DNA of 59,104 nt from Spirochaetales bacterium (GTDB taxonomy: Bacteria; Spirochaetota; Spirochaetia; SZUA-6). A program made the position numbers and the translations under genes. Each line of letters opens with the position of its first letter. Within the stretch, counting starts at the first letter, position 1. Below, piece by piece: positions 1-9,199 of the stretch. The DNA lies in NCBI GenBank assembly GCA_027021365.1, contig JALUUM010000015.1, forward strand, positions 1 through 59,104, given 5' to 3'. The notes beneath the pieces are model-generated. The model made no database searches. It was not told the DNA's origin and saw only the letters and a program-made list of their open reading frames with translations.

Positions 1-427
1 CCAGGTCACCTTCCATTCCGTCCCTACCTATGAGCTCTGCACCTACCTGATAAAACTCGTTGTGAGAAATATCCTCCCTGCTCTGATAACGTAGAATCGC
101 ATCGGAATAGCAGACCCGAACGGGAAGGTCCCTTTCTGTCAGTGCAAGACCCATCTGCTTGGCCATGAATAGGGTTATGTCGGAACGAAGCATCAAAAGG
201 TCTCCGTCCCTGTCTATCAGTCTGTATATCTTTTCATCAGCAGCAGGGTCCAGAAGAGGCTTGTAGATATCGTAGAAATCAAAGAGCGGAGTTTCTATGG
301 GGAGATAACCCCACGAGTAGAAGAGACCCGAAAGGGAGGCACTTATCCTCCTGTGAAGGTAGGCTTCTTCCAGGTAGAAACTTTCAGTACCCCTGGGAAT
401 CTGTAACAGTTTATCCTTCGATTTCAT
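1..427 (-). CDS. hisZ: ATP phosphoribosyltransferase regulatory subunit HisZ-like (class II aaRS-like catalytic core), 5' part only; gene continues past window start
   Basis: Minus-strand ORF starts at ATG 427-425 (MKSKDKLLQIPRGTESFYLEEAYL...) and runs off the window. It has the HisS/HisZ motif-1/2 core (LRSDITLFMAK, FYQVGAELIG) but lacks the HisS 'RYERPQ' signature. The six-frame track missed it because it is truncated. Confidence 0.45.
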   Translation of the reverse strand, partial: MKSKDKLLQIPRGTESFYLEEAYLHRRISASLSGLFYSWGYLPIETPLFDFYDIYKPLLDPAADEKIYRLIDRDGDLLMLRSDITLFMAKQMGLALTERDLPVRVCYSDAILRYQSREDISHNEFYQVGAELIGRDGMEGDL

Positions 428-504
428 AAGAAGAGCTCCACAGTCTTTTGTCGTTAGGGCATTTTACAATTTAATAAAAAATAAAACAATAATATATGCC
501 AAAC

Positions 505-533
505 TTGAATTCCGAGCAAACGGATAGTACAAT
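505..533 (+). promoter_or_regulatory. sigma70-like promoter (TTGAAT-17-TACAAT), 8 nt before ATG 542; implies a leaderless or near-leaderless mRNA
   Basis: TTGAAT at 505-510, 17-nt spacer, TACAAT at 528-533. There is no Shine-Dalgarno sequence and the ATG is at 542. Confidence 0.35.
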
Positions 534-541
534 TGTAGTTA

Positions 542-2065
542 ATGAAAAAAGAAATAAAGAAAGAAATATTTCCATCCTCCATTTCCGCTGTAACAGTTTT
601 CAGAAACGAGGCTCTTGTAAGGCGAACCGCTACGGCCAAACTTGAAAAGGGAAGTTGGGACGTCGTTATTACCCCAATACCCTCCAAGGCAAAGCCGGAG
701 AGTTTTCGTGTCAAGCTGGAAACTATCAAGGGAAAGGCCACCCTCACGGGACTCAACTACACACAGGAGTACAAGAGCTACGGTGATCTGGGTAACAAGG
801 AAATCCTTGAACGTGAAATCGAATACCTTGAAAGCCAGATATATGATTTGCAGGCGAAACTTCAGCTATGCGACGAGAAGCGTAACTTTCTGAAGTCGAT
901 AAAGACCAGGTCGATCAATGATGTTCAGATTCAGATGACCTCGGAGAGACCTACCCCGGAAGACTGGAAAGAATCATTCGATTTCATCTTTGCCACCGAG
1001 GAGGCCATACTGAAGGAAGAAAAGGATTTCAGGGAGAAGATGAAGGAATTCCAGGACAAGCTCTCCGAAAAGAGGAAGGAACTGGAAAAATTGAACACAC
1101 CCTCCCTTGAAACCTTCTACTTTGCCCATGTATTCCTGGAGGTGGAAAATGCAGGTACTTTCAGCGTTTCCGTTGAATACCTCGTAGAGGACGTTTCCTG
1201 GTTTCCGGATTACGAATTGAGGGTGGACAAGGAGAAGGGGAACTGTTTTCTTACCTACTGCGGAATAATATTTCAGAATACCGGCGAGGACTGGCAGGAT
1301 GCAAACCTCACACTATCGACGGCTCTCCCGTCAAAGGAGCTTCGCGCCCCGGAACCGGATCAATGGATAATAAAGAGCGGAAACAGAAAAAAAACAGAAG
1401 AGATGTCAGAGCCAACTACCCTGGAAAGGGACCTTACAGACGAGGGGGCTCCGGGAATAATACTACCGATCTCTCAATCCGTCTTGATACCAGCAACCGG
1501 GGAACCTGTAAAAGCCATAATAGAACACGAGAAACAGTTGGAAGGTGAACTTCTGAGAAAGGCATTTCCTCAACAGAGCCCCAATGTCTTCATATATTTC
1601 AACACGAAGAATCCCTTCGACTATCCGATTCTTCCCGGAAAGGTAGCTATTTTTCATGGTAATACCTTCAATGGCATGGGAAGGGTTGAAAGCATTATTC
1701 CCGGAGAGAGCTTCCTCCTGCAGGCAGGAATAGACGACGAGATGGATGTTACCTGGAAGCTCGGTGAAAAGAGTGTGAAGAAAAAGGAAAAGATGCTTAG
1801 ATACAACCTCGTTTATCGGGGTACACTTACAAACAGATCCGAAAGCGATGCGGATACCATGATAACGCTCTACCCACCAATTTCAAAGGACGAACTGGTA
1901 AAGATCGGGAATGTAAAGTTTAAGCCGGAGGGTTTTGAGCTCCAGGAAAGTGGCATGGCAACGGAGAAGGTCAAGATAGAGAAAGGGGAAACTTTCGATT
2001 TTTCGCTTTCATTCTACCTGGAATGTCCGCCTGATACGGCGATATACGGAATAACACTCTTCTGA
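542..2065 (+). CDS. DUF4140/DUF4139 family protein (mucoidy-inhibitor MuiA-like), central coiled coil
   Basis: 507-aa ORF with a DUF4140-like N-terminus (SAVTVFRNEALVRRTATAKL), a coiled-coil middle and a DUF4139-like C-terminus. Confidence 0.5.
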   Translation: MKKEIKKEIFPSSISAVTVFRNEALVRRTATAKLEKGSWDVVITPIPSKAKPESFRVKLETIKGKATLTGLNYTQEYKSYGDLGNKEILEREIEYLESQIYDLQAKLQLCDEKRNFLKSIKTRSINDVQIQMTSERPTPEDWKESFDFIFATEEAILKEEKDFREKMKEFQDKLSEKRKELEKLNTPSLETFYFAHVFLEVENAGTFSVSVEYLVEDVSWFPDYELRVDKEKGNCFLTYCGIIFQNTGEDWQDANLTLSTALPSKELRAPEPDQWIIKSGNRKKTEEMSEPTTLERDLTDEGAPGIILPISQSVLIPATGEPVKAIIEHEKQLEGELLRKAFPQQSPNVFIYFNTKNPFDYPILPGKVAIFHGNTFNGMGRVESIIPGESFLLQAGIDDEMDVTWKLGEKSVKKKEKMLRYNLVYRGTLTNRSESDADTMITLYPPISKDELVKIGNVKFKPEGFELQESGMATEKVKIEKGETFDFSLSFYLECPPDTAIYGITLF

Positions 2066-2087
2066 AAGAAACTTTTCAACTCTCCTA

Positions 2088-3839
2088 TCAGGTCTTCTCG
2101 CCAAGCAGTATCTTGAGCTGCTGAATATTAGCCACGAGTTTTCCCCTGTCAAGGTTCCTGAAACGACGGGGAACCATCTCCCTGCTCGTGCATTCCAATA
2201 CCGCGACGAGGTTCTGAAGTTCTATCTCGTGAGGATAAGCCGGTGGTACGAAATCCCTTATCGTCTCTTCCAGGTCTTTCTTCGTTATGAAAACATGGTT
2301 ATTCATTGCGGAGAGGAATTTAGCCCTAATAAGAATCGCCTCCAGGTCTGCACCGGAAAAATCATAACGAAAGCGCCTGAACAGCTCCAGCATGTTTATG
2401 TTCTGTATTCTCAGCTTCAATTTCTTTATCAGTGTCTTCAGCAGATCTATCTTTTCATCCATTGTTTCCGGATAGAAGAGGGCCAGATGTTCCTCTGCCC
2501 TTCCCTGCCTTTTCAGGTCGATGGGTATCAGGTCGGGTCTGCAGGTTATGAGAAACCAGATTATTTTACCCCTGTACTCCGTGTTACCCATGAAAGAGGC
2601 AATCTGGGCAAATATCCTGTTGCTAGTCCCCGAATCACCCTCCTGGTTCCTGTCACCGAGAAAGGCATCGGCTTCGTCTATCATCACCCCGACAGGTGCC
2701 ATTGCCTTGAGAATATTCAATATCTTCTCGAGGTTGGACTCAGTTACCCCCTGCCACTTCGAGCGGAAATTCCTGAACTTCACTATGGGGATCCCTATAT
2801 CCCCGGCAAATGCCGTTACCATGAAGGATTTTCCCGTGCCAACAGGGCCTGAAATAAGGTAACCCATGGGCAGTACATCGAGCCTCCCCTGCCTGATGGC
2901 CCTAGCCGCGCTCTTGAACCTCTTCTTCACGAAATCATGGCCCGAAACCATTGAAAGATCGTGTTCAGATTCAATGAACTCTAGTAACCCGCCGGCCTCG
3001 GCCTCGATTATCTCTTTCTTCTTCTGCCGGAGGTACTGAAGGTCGATCTCCCTGTCCTCCTGATACGATTCAGCTACCAGTTGATTGATATCGACGAGGT
3101 TGAGTCCGCTGGTGATCTTTGCTACCTCTTTAATATCTACCCCTGGGGCAAGAAGCAATTTCTCCTCTTTATCCAAGAAGTGAAGGAATTTTTCTCTTAC
3201 CTCTTCATCGGGAATGGGAATGTTAAGCTTTATCGTACTCGGAGAGCGTACCAGCTTAGTACTTATATCCGCAAGGTTTTCGGTGAGGAGAATGACAGAT
3301 ACATCCCCATGGGTAAAAATCGGGTCATTTGCCCACCTGTTCAACGTTACAAGGCAATATCTGTCTTCATCGGTATAGTGAGAGATGTCCGTATTCGGGA
3401 CTATAGTCTCGGAGTAGTCTATTATCAGTACAATCCTTCTCTTTCTTGGAATGTTGAGGTAAAAGTATCTCTCCAGATACTGAAACACCTTCATCGGATC
3501 CCTGGACAGGAGCTGGGAGGCTGTTATGCCCTTTATCTGGGTTTTCATCTCTTCCAGATACTCTTCTTCCATTTCCGGTTTGCAGAATGTGACTCCCGAA
3601 GACCTGTCATAAAAAACGATGATATCCCTGTTACCGAAGAGCACCTCAGAGATGTAACTCTGAATTTTCACGAAGTTAAACTGCTCGGCATCCATCTTGT
3701 GGGGAAGAAAATCACGTATGTTGCCATGAAGAATATAGAGGTTTGCCGTTTTCGAACAGTACTTGTAAGAAAGCTCCTGTGCCCAGGCAGGAAGAATCTT
3801 TATAAAGGGAAGATTTTTAAGTATGAGTTGTTCTGACAC
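2088..3839 (-). CDS. AAA+ ATPase with large N-terminal domain of unknown function
   Basis: 583 aa. Walker A is GPVGTGKS, Walker B is VMIDEADAF, and the sensor region is FLITCRPDLIPIDLKR. The ~330-aa N-terminal domain is unrecognised. Confidence 0.65.
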   Translation of the reverse strand: MSEQLILKNLPFIKILPAWAQELSYKYCSKTANLYILHGNIRDFLPHKMDAEQFNFVKIQSYISEVLFGNRDIIVFYDRSSGVTFCKPEMEEEYLEEMKTQIKGITASQLLSRDPMKVFQYLERYFYLNIPRKRRIVLIIDYSETIVPNTDISHYTDEDRYCLVTLNRWANDPIFTHGDVSVILLTENLADISTKLVRSPSTIKLNIPIPDEEVREKFLHFLDKEEKLLLAPGVDIKEVAKITSGLNLVDINQLVAESYQEDREIDLQYLRQKKKEIIEAEAGGLLEFIESEHDLSMVSGHDFVKKRFKSAARAIRQGRLDVLPMGYLISGPVGTGKSFMVTAFAGDIGIPIVKFRNFRSKWQGVTESNLEKILNILKAMAPVGVMIDEADAFLGDRNQEGDSGTSNRIFAQIASFMGNTEYRGKIIWFLITCRPDLIPIDLKRQGRAEEHLALFYPETMDEKIDLLKTLIKKLKLRIQNINMLELFRRFRYDFSGADLEAILIRAKFLSAMNNHVFITKKDLEETIRDFVPPAYPHEIELQNLVAVLECTSREMVPRRFRNLDRGKLVANIQQLKILLGEKT

Positions 3840-3956
3840 TATCCCCTCCCAGAGACAGTCGGACTATCGTAACACAATACAGACATACTATTATCACACT
3901 AGCATATGCAAAAGTCAATATATTAAGTGTTAATCCCGCCTTATTTGAAAAAACTC

Positions 3957-4979
3957 TCAAATCATGGCCTTCAACCTGGCAGGTAGCTCTGCAAGCTCCA
4001 TATCCAGTTCCGTCCTCTTGAAGAAGAAGTTATAGAGGAGAAAGGGAACAAGAACGATGGCAAGAGAGGAAAGAAACAGGACAAGCAGAACATAGAGATT
4101 TAAGACACCGTCAAGGCGCAATACGAAGAGAAACAGGCTTGCAAAAATACCTAAGAATATTGTCAAAACCTTGATTTTACGCACTCCAACGGCTATGGAA
4201 AGGGCAGACAAAAATCCGCAAACAAGAAAAACCCATACCATTATTCCGTCTATACCGGCCATTTGAGCTGATAGCCAACCGTAAAGAGGGGCCCTGCTGT
4301 TCACCACATAGGCCCATGCCAGGAAAAGGGGAAGGGGCATCATCACCGATGAAAGAGGTATCCAGTCACCCTGCAACAGCCTTAATGCAAAGAGGGTTAC
4401 GATAGAAAGGCCGGCAAGAATTACCACCAGGGGAAGGAGAAGACCTATTAGCGAAGGAAATGAGAAATAGCCCCTGCCGCCAAAAACAGAGTAAAATATT
4501 TTGCCAATTTCATGAAATGTACTCTCCTTTATTAAGTAGGCAAAAGCAGTTATCCCTCCGAAAAGTAAACCTGCCCAGGAAAACATCCAATTGCCAATAC
4601 CCTTCCTTATCCCCGCGAAAGTTACTGCAGCCATAAGAAGAAAGGTCACCGACAGAGGCACGAAGCTATGCCAAAGGTGAAAGCCAAAGAGAGAGCCGAA
4701 GAGAAGGTAGGGCTGGAAGTGAAGAATGACCTCCTCCCAGCTTGCCCTGCTATGCTCCCTATACATTAGCGTTGCAATTTCACGGGGATCACCCAGGGAT
4801 TCGGTTGCTCTCTTTGCAAGCTTATCGTAAGACACGTCAGAGGAAATATAATTCTCATTTTCATTTATGGTATCTTCCAGATGGGTGTATATTTCCTTAA
4901 GTATTTTCTTTTCAGTTCTACTGTCCAGGTGTAAATGAGAATGAACCTCTTTTAGATAGTTTTCTATATCCCTGTTCAT
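3957..4979 (-). CDS. PadR-associated membrane protein (DUF1700/HAAS-like N-terminal helix domain + multi-TM region)
   Basis: 340 aa. The N-terminus (MNRDIENYLKEVHSHLHLDSRTEKKILKEIYTHLED) resembles DUF1700 sensor domains that pair with PadR. Hydrophobic TM segments follow, and the gene lies 26 nt downstream of padR. Confidence 0.45.
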   Translation of the reverse strand: MNRDIENYLKEVHSHLHLDSRTEKKILKEIYTHLEDTINENENYISSDVSYDKLAKRATESLGDPREIATLMYREHSRASWEEVILHFQPYLLFGSLFGFHLWHSFVPLSVTFLLMAAVTFAGIRKGIGNWMFSWAGLLFGGITAFAYLIKESTFHEIGKIFYSVFGGRGYFSFPSLIGLLLPLVVILAGLSIVTLFALRLLQGDWIPLSSVMMPLPLFLAWAYVVNSRAPLYGWLSAQMAGIDGIMVWVFLVCGFLSALSIAVGVRKIKVLTIFLGIFASLFLFVLRLDGVLNLYVLLVLFLSSLAIVLVPFLLYNFFFKRTELDMELAELPARLKAMI

Positions 4980-5005
4980 TGCTCAATCACAGGCATTTCG
5001 TATTC

Positions 5006-5344
5006 CTATGCATTCCCGAAAATAAGCCCCACTGCCCTCGAAAAATCCTCCCACATGCCCAATTTCCTAAGAAGGACCTCCCTGCCCCTCTCAGTAATAC
5101 TGTAGTAACGCCTCTCCTGCTCGCCCCTCCTCTTTTTCCACTCGCCCTTCAAAAGACCATTTCTTTCCAGCTTATGAAGCGCAGGGTAAACCGTTCCCTC
5201 TTTGAATCTGAAGTAACCTTTGCTCCTTCTTTCGATTTCCTTTATTATCTCGTAGCCATAGGTTTCTTTCATTTGGTCAATCAAAAAGAGCAGCATCAAA
5301 TCCGTATTGCCCCTTAAAAGGTCAGCCCTGTAAGAATTTTCCAT
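5006..5344 (-). CDS. PadR family transcriptional regulator
   Basis: 112 aa with a classic PadR winged helix (YGYEIIKEIERRSKGYFRFKEGTVYPALHKLERNGLL). Confidence 0.9.
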   Translation of the reverse strand: MENSYRADLLRGNTDLMLLFLIDQMKETYGYEIIKEIERRSKGYFRFKEGTVYPALHKLERNGLLKGEWKKRRGEQERRYYSITERGREVLLRKLGMWEDFSRAVGLIFGNA

Positions 5345-5350
5345 GTGAAT

Positions 5351-5380
5351 ATTTTAATTTCGAAGAGGTTATGGTGTCAA
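5351..5380 (-). promoter_or_regulatory. sigma70-like promoter of padR (TTGACA-18-TAAAAT, 6 nt to ATG; leaderless)
   Basis: Read on the minus strand the region is ...TTGACAccataacctcttcgaaatTAAAATattcacATG. Confidence 0.35.
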
Positions 5381-5408
5381 TGATCATTCCAACATTTATT
5401 CTGTTATT

Positions 5409-5434
5409 TAGCCTGTCTATATATAGACAGGCTA
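5409..5434. promoter_or_regulatory. 26-bp perfect palindrome (tagcctgtctatatatagacaggcta); candidate PadR operator in the divergent padR / radical-SAM intergenic region
   Basis: Exact inverted repeat across 26 bp, checked base by base. It overlaps the -35 element (TAGACA) of the radical-SAM promoter and lies about 65 bp upstream of padR. Confidence 0.6.
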
Positions 5435-5452
5435 TGTATTTTGAAATAGAAT
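5424..5452 (+). promoter_or_regulatory. candidate promoter of the radical-SAM operon (TAGACA-17-TAGAAT)
   Basis: -35 at 5424-5429 lies inside the palindrome and -10 is at 5447-5452. The ATG at 5508 is preceded by AGGAGG. Confidence 0.3.
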
Positions 5453-5507
5453 AGCATGAAGCGAGCCCACATCCAGTTTTCACGAGGATGCTAAAGAGGA
5501 GGTCACA

Positions 5508-6869
5508 ATGGAAAGAGAGAGGGTATACTTGAAATTACTCGGGAAAAAGATTTTAAGTTACAAGATACTGGAAGATGGCACTATCGAAGGTACGGGAATC
5601 CTGAATCCGATACTCGACAGGATAAGGCTTTTCCGGATACTCGTGATGATGATACTACAGGCCGGTTTCTATGACAAATACAAGGACCTGGGCAGGTGGA
5701 AGGGAATGAGAGTCTCAAATCCCTTTGCCCCGCCGGTTGGCAGCAAACCTCAGATACGAGCCTTGAAAGGATTGGTGAAAAAGGAATTCCTTAAAAAACC
5801 GACACCGCTTGCCATGACATTTGCAGTTACCTACAGGTGCCAGTTGAACTGCATTCACTGCAGTGCAGCAAATCATTTTAAGCCTGGCACACCGGAGTTG
5901 TCTACGGAAGAGGCAAAGAACCTCATAGACCAGGCTGAGGATCTGGGAGTCACAGTAATAGCCTTTACCGGGGGTGAGCCACTGATACGCAAGGATATTT
6001 CCGATCTTATCGGGCATGTGGATCAGGACAAGGCAATTCCCATAATGTTCACAAATGCCCTTCTCATAGACGAAGAGAAGGCGGATGAATTGGCCGAGGC
6101 GGGTCTATACACTATTTTCATAAGCATAGACAGCCCTGTCCCCGAAGAGCATGACTCCTTCAGGGGACTGCCCGGATTGTTCCAGAGGGCCGTCGATGCA
6201 ATCGAACTGATGAAATCGAGGGGAGTATTCGTTGGCATATCCTCCTATGCAACACGTTCCGGAACCGAAAAGGGATACTACAAAAGGCTCTACGATTTTG
6301 CAAGGGAAATCGGTGTGGATGATGTCATCCTCTTCGATGCCGTACCCACAGGGAGCCTCCTCCATGATACGAGTGAAGTCCTTACCCCCGAGCAGAGAAT
6401 CGAGATCATGGAATACTCCGAAAAGATTTTCGAGAAGAGCATCATTCCGCCGCTCTCATCTCAATCGTGGCAAAACTCCGTGGAGGGCTACCTGTCGGGT
6501 ATTGGCTGCCTTGCTGCGAATATTCAGTTCTATGCCAGTGCCTACGGTGATATAGCACCCTGCGACTTCACACCCCTCTCCTTTGGAAACATAAGAGAAG
6601 AACCCCTCGGAGATATATGGAAGAGGATGACCAATCATCCGGCCTACAATCACAGGGTAAGCTACTGTAGAATGCAAAACTCCAGATTCAGAAAGTGCTA
6701 TATAGATCCTATTCCTCCGGGTGCTACCCTCCCGTATCCGATAGATGAACTGCCGGCAGTCGATTACAGACAGTGTAAACTCGATGAGAATAGTAAGGAG
6801 AAGACAGAGAGCAAGCAAAAGGTTGGGCAGGAGAAAAAACCTGACAGCGTAGTGCTGAATAATGATTGA
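5508..6869 (+). CDS. radical SAM / SPASM-domain enzyme with ~85-aa N-terminal extension
   Basis: The CxxxCxxC motif is CQLNCIHC, and GGEPL is present. A C-terminal Cys cluster (CLAAN...APCDF...YCRMQNSRFRKC) is consistent with SPASM auxiliary clusters. The gene has a strong RBS. Confidence 0.8.
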   Translation: MERERVYLKLLGKKILSYKILEDGTIEGTGILNPILDRIRLFRILVMMILQAGFYDKYKDLGRWKGMRVSNPFAPPVGSKPQIRALKGLVKKEFLKKPTPLAMTFAVTYRCQLNCIHCSAANHFKPGTPELSTEEAKNLIDQAEDLGVTVIAFTGGEPLIRKDISDLIGHVDQDKAIPIMFTNALLIDEEKADELAEAGLYTIFISIDSPVPEEHDSFRGLPGLFQRAVDAIELMKSRGVFVGISSYATRSGTEKGYYKRLYDFAREIGVDDVILFDAVPTGSLLHDTSEVLTPEQRIEIMEYSEKIFEKSIIPPLSSQSWQNSVEGYLSGIGCLAANIQFYASAYGDIAPCDFTPLSFGNIREEPLGDIWKRMTNHPAYNHRVSYCRMQNSRFRKCYIDPIPPGATLPYPIDELPAVDYRQCKLDENSKEKTESKQKVGQEKKPDSVVLNND

Positions 6870-6935
6870 AGCGGAGAGGCTTTGAATATTCTACATATTG
6901 TAATCGACCTGAAAACCAATTAGTATCGTTACAGT

Positions 6936-9194
6936 ATGGAAAGAGAAAGCCTCTCACCATCCGAGTTCAGGAGAGGAAGGGAAACCCTCTTCAAATTTAC
7001 ATTTTTCAATGTACTCTCCTTTCTCCTGATAAGCAGTAATATAATCATTCTCTATGCTCTGAAGCTCGGAGCGAGTAGTTTCTTCATCGGAATGTTGTCC
7101 TCATTCCTCCAGATTTCCTACCTATTTATGCTTGCCGGAAGATTCCTTATCAAGAGAATGGGTGCTGTCAGGTTGATGGGCACCTTCTGGCTACTGAGAT
7201 ATCTCGTCATGCTTCCCATCTTTGTAACACCTCTCCTCTATCACAGGGGCTATGCATTCCATGCCCTGTTTATTCTTGCAATAGTCGTCTTCGGTTTCAA
7301 CGTTTCCAGGGGTATTGCCATTACATCGTGGAATCCCATAATGGGGGAACTTGCAGGTAAAAAGGACAGAGGTTCCTTTCTTGCAAAGATTCAGCTGATA
7401 ACCCACCTCGTAACTATCCTTGCCAGTATCGGAATAGCATTTTTCATTGGGAAAGACGCACCTCCCGAAAGATTCACCCTCTTTATCGGAATCGGAATAC
7501 TCTCCGGTTTCATCGCGTGTCACTACATCTCCAGGCTGCCCGAACCGGTGGAATCGAGCAGGGGTATAGGAGAGAGGTTTACAAGGAGCATCGTAGAAAG
7601 CCTGAAGGACAAATCTTTCCTGAAATTCATCGTATTCTTTTTTACAAGCTCCCTCTCCCTTGCAATGCTCACACCCTTCGTTATCGTATTTTTCAAGAAT
7701 GTATACGGAAACACTGACAGTGACATAATAATCTTCACCATAGCGGGAGGATTCGGAGCTCTCTCGATGGCCCTGATAAACGGTTTCATGATAGACAGGG
7801 TCGGTTCAAAACCATTCATCCTCATGTATTCCGTCTTGACCGCCGCAGTAACCATTCCCCTGATAATTGCCCCCTCATATACAAATCGTGAATTCCAGTT
7901 GATATTTGCCGCCCTGATCTTCTTCTTCGTATCCATGGGCAACAACGGCCTGTTCAACACCAGCCAGGTTTACTTCTACTCATTCATAAAACCGGAGGAA
8001 CGTCTTAATCTCGGTATCATCTATTTTCTTGCAATGGGAGTATCAGGAACGATAGGCTCCATCCTGGGCGGCTCAATATTGGAGGTACTACAGACCCACA
8101 TTGAGGGACCGGCTGGCACGCTGGAAGGGGCATTTCCCTTTCAGATGTACTTTGCCATAATTCTCGTTCTTTTCGTGATAAATTCCCTCATCATTCTATC
8201 ACTTAAAGACACGGGCCTGTATACTGTACGAGATGCACTTTCAATCATTTTTTCTCCCCGTGATCTCAGGGCGATTGGCCTCTTAAACAGGCTGGACAAG
8301 TCGAAGAGCATTGCAGAAGAGAGGAGTATCATACATGCCCTGGGGAACTCCGGTTCCGTCGTAACGAGGGAAGAGCTTCTTTCCCGATTGAAATCACCAA
8401 GCTTTGTAATAAGAACAGAAGCATTGACTGCCCTGCACGGAATCCCAATTGACGGCAGAATAGAAAAGGTGCTCATCTCTGAAGTAAAAAACCATCAATT
8501 CACAACAGGTTACATAGCAGCTGAGCTTATCGGTGAAAAGAGAATTTTCTCAGCCATAAAACCGTTAAGGCTTGCGATGTTTTCCAACGACTACTTCCTT
8601 GCAGGCAAGGCCATGGTTGCCCTTGCAAAACTCGAAGACAGAGAAAGCATAGGTGACATAATCAGCATAATAGAAAAAACCACCAACCCGAGGCTCATTA
8701 TACACGGCGCATGGGCCCTCCAGATTTTCCGTCACAGAGAGTCCATCCCCGTACTAGTTAAAAAGATGGAGAGAAAGACAGCCCCCTTCTTAAGAGACGA
8801 GATAATACTTTCAATTGCCGGAATCCTCGATATTTTCGATAAATTCTACCCGTACTACACGAGATTCCTTGAAAGTGCACACGAGGGAATAGGTTTGCTC
8901 GAAGACCTGGTAAGGGAAAAGCTTTCGAGCGAGAAAGGGGAAGAAAAAACAGATCGGGATAGTAGTCTTACCAAACTGCTGGAACTGCTCGAACACTTAA
9001 GAAGGGGTTCAGGGGCATTTTCCGCAGGGGTAATCTCTCTCTTCGATGAACTTGTAAAAAGCAATTCCTCGCTCAACTTCCTCAGGTTTTTCTACGGCGG
9101 CTTGAAAAATGACAGTATTGCAAGATTGGAGAGATTTCGTTTCCTCATTGCATTTATCTGCATAGAATTACCAAGCAAATCATCTATATATTAA
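6936..9194 (+). CDS. MFS transporter fused to a C-terminal HEAT-repeat (PBS-lyase-like) domain
   Basis: 752 aa with ~12 TM helices and MFS motif A (GFMIDRVGSKP). The ~300-aa C-terminus has HEAT-like repeats (ALGNSGSVVTREELLSRLKSPSFVIRTEALTALHGI...). Confidence 0.7.
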   Translation: MERESLSPSEFRRGRETLFKFTFFNVLSFLLISSNIIILYALKLGASSFFIGMLSSFLQISYLFMLAGRFLIKRMGAVRLMGTFWLLRYLVMLPIFVTPLLYHRGYAFHALFILAIVVFGFNVSRGIAITSWNPIMGELAGKKDRGSFLAKIQLITHLVTILASIGIAFFIGKDAPPERFTLFIGIGILSGFIACHYISRLPEPVESSRGIGERFTRSIVESLKDKSFLKFIVFFFTSSLSLAMLTPFVIVFFKNVYGNTDSDIIIFTIAGGFGALSMALINGFMIDRVGSKPFILMYSVLTAAVTIPLIIAPSYTNREFQLIFAALIFFFVSMGNNGLFNTSQVYFYSFIKPEERLNLGIIYFLAMGVSGTIGSILGGSILEVLQTHIEGPAGTLEGAFPFQMYFAIILVLFVINSLIILSLKDTGLYTVRDALSIIFSPRDLRAIGLLNRLDKSKSIAEERSIIHALGNSGSVVTREELLSRLKSPSFVIRTEALTALHGIPIDGRIEKVLISEVKNHQFTTGYIAAELIGEKRIFSAIKPLRLAMFSNDYFLAGKAMVALAKLEDRESIGDIISIIEKTTNPRLIIHGAWALQIFRHRESIPVLVKKMERKTAPFLRDEIILSIAGILDIFDKFYPYYTRFLESAHEGIGLLEDLVREKLSSEKGEEKTDRDSSLTKLLELLEHLRRGSGAFSAGVISLFDELVKSNSSLNFLRFFYGGLKNDSIARLERFRFLIAFICIELPSKSSIY

Positions 9195-9199
9195 AAAGA

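Noticed and set aside
2229-3836. Long plus-strand ORFs (207, 113 and 251 aa) inside the AAA+ ATPase gene
   Set aside because: They are antisense shadow ORFs of a well-supported minus-strand gene and have no RBS or motifs.
5371-5454. 27-aa hydrophobic ORF (MVSMIIPTFILLFSLSIYRQAMYFEIE) upstream of the radical-SAM gene; considered as a RiPP precursor
   Set aside because: It overlaps the 26-bp palindrome and both divergent promoters. The RBS spacing is only 2 nt. It most likely reflects regulatory DNA, and the sequence cannot decide between a peptide and regulatory DNA.
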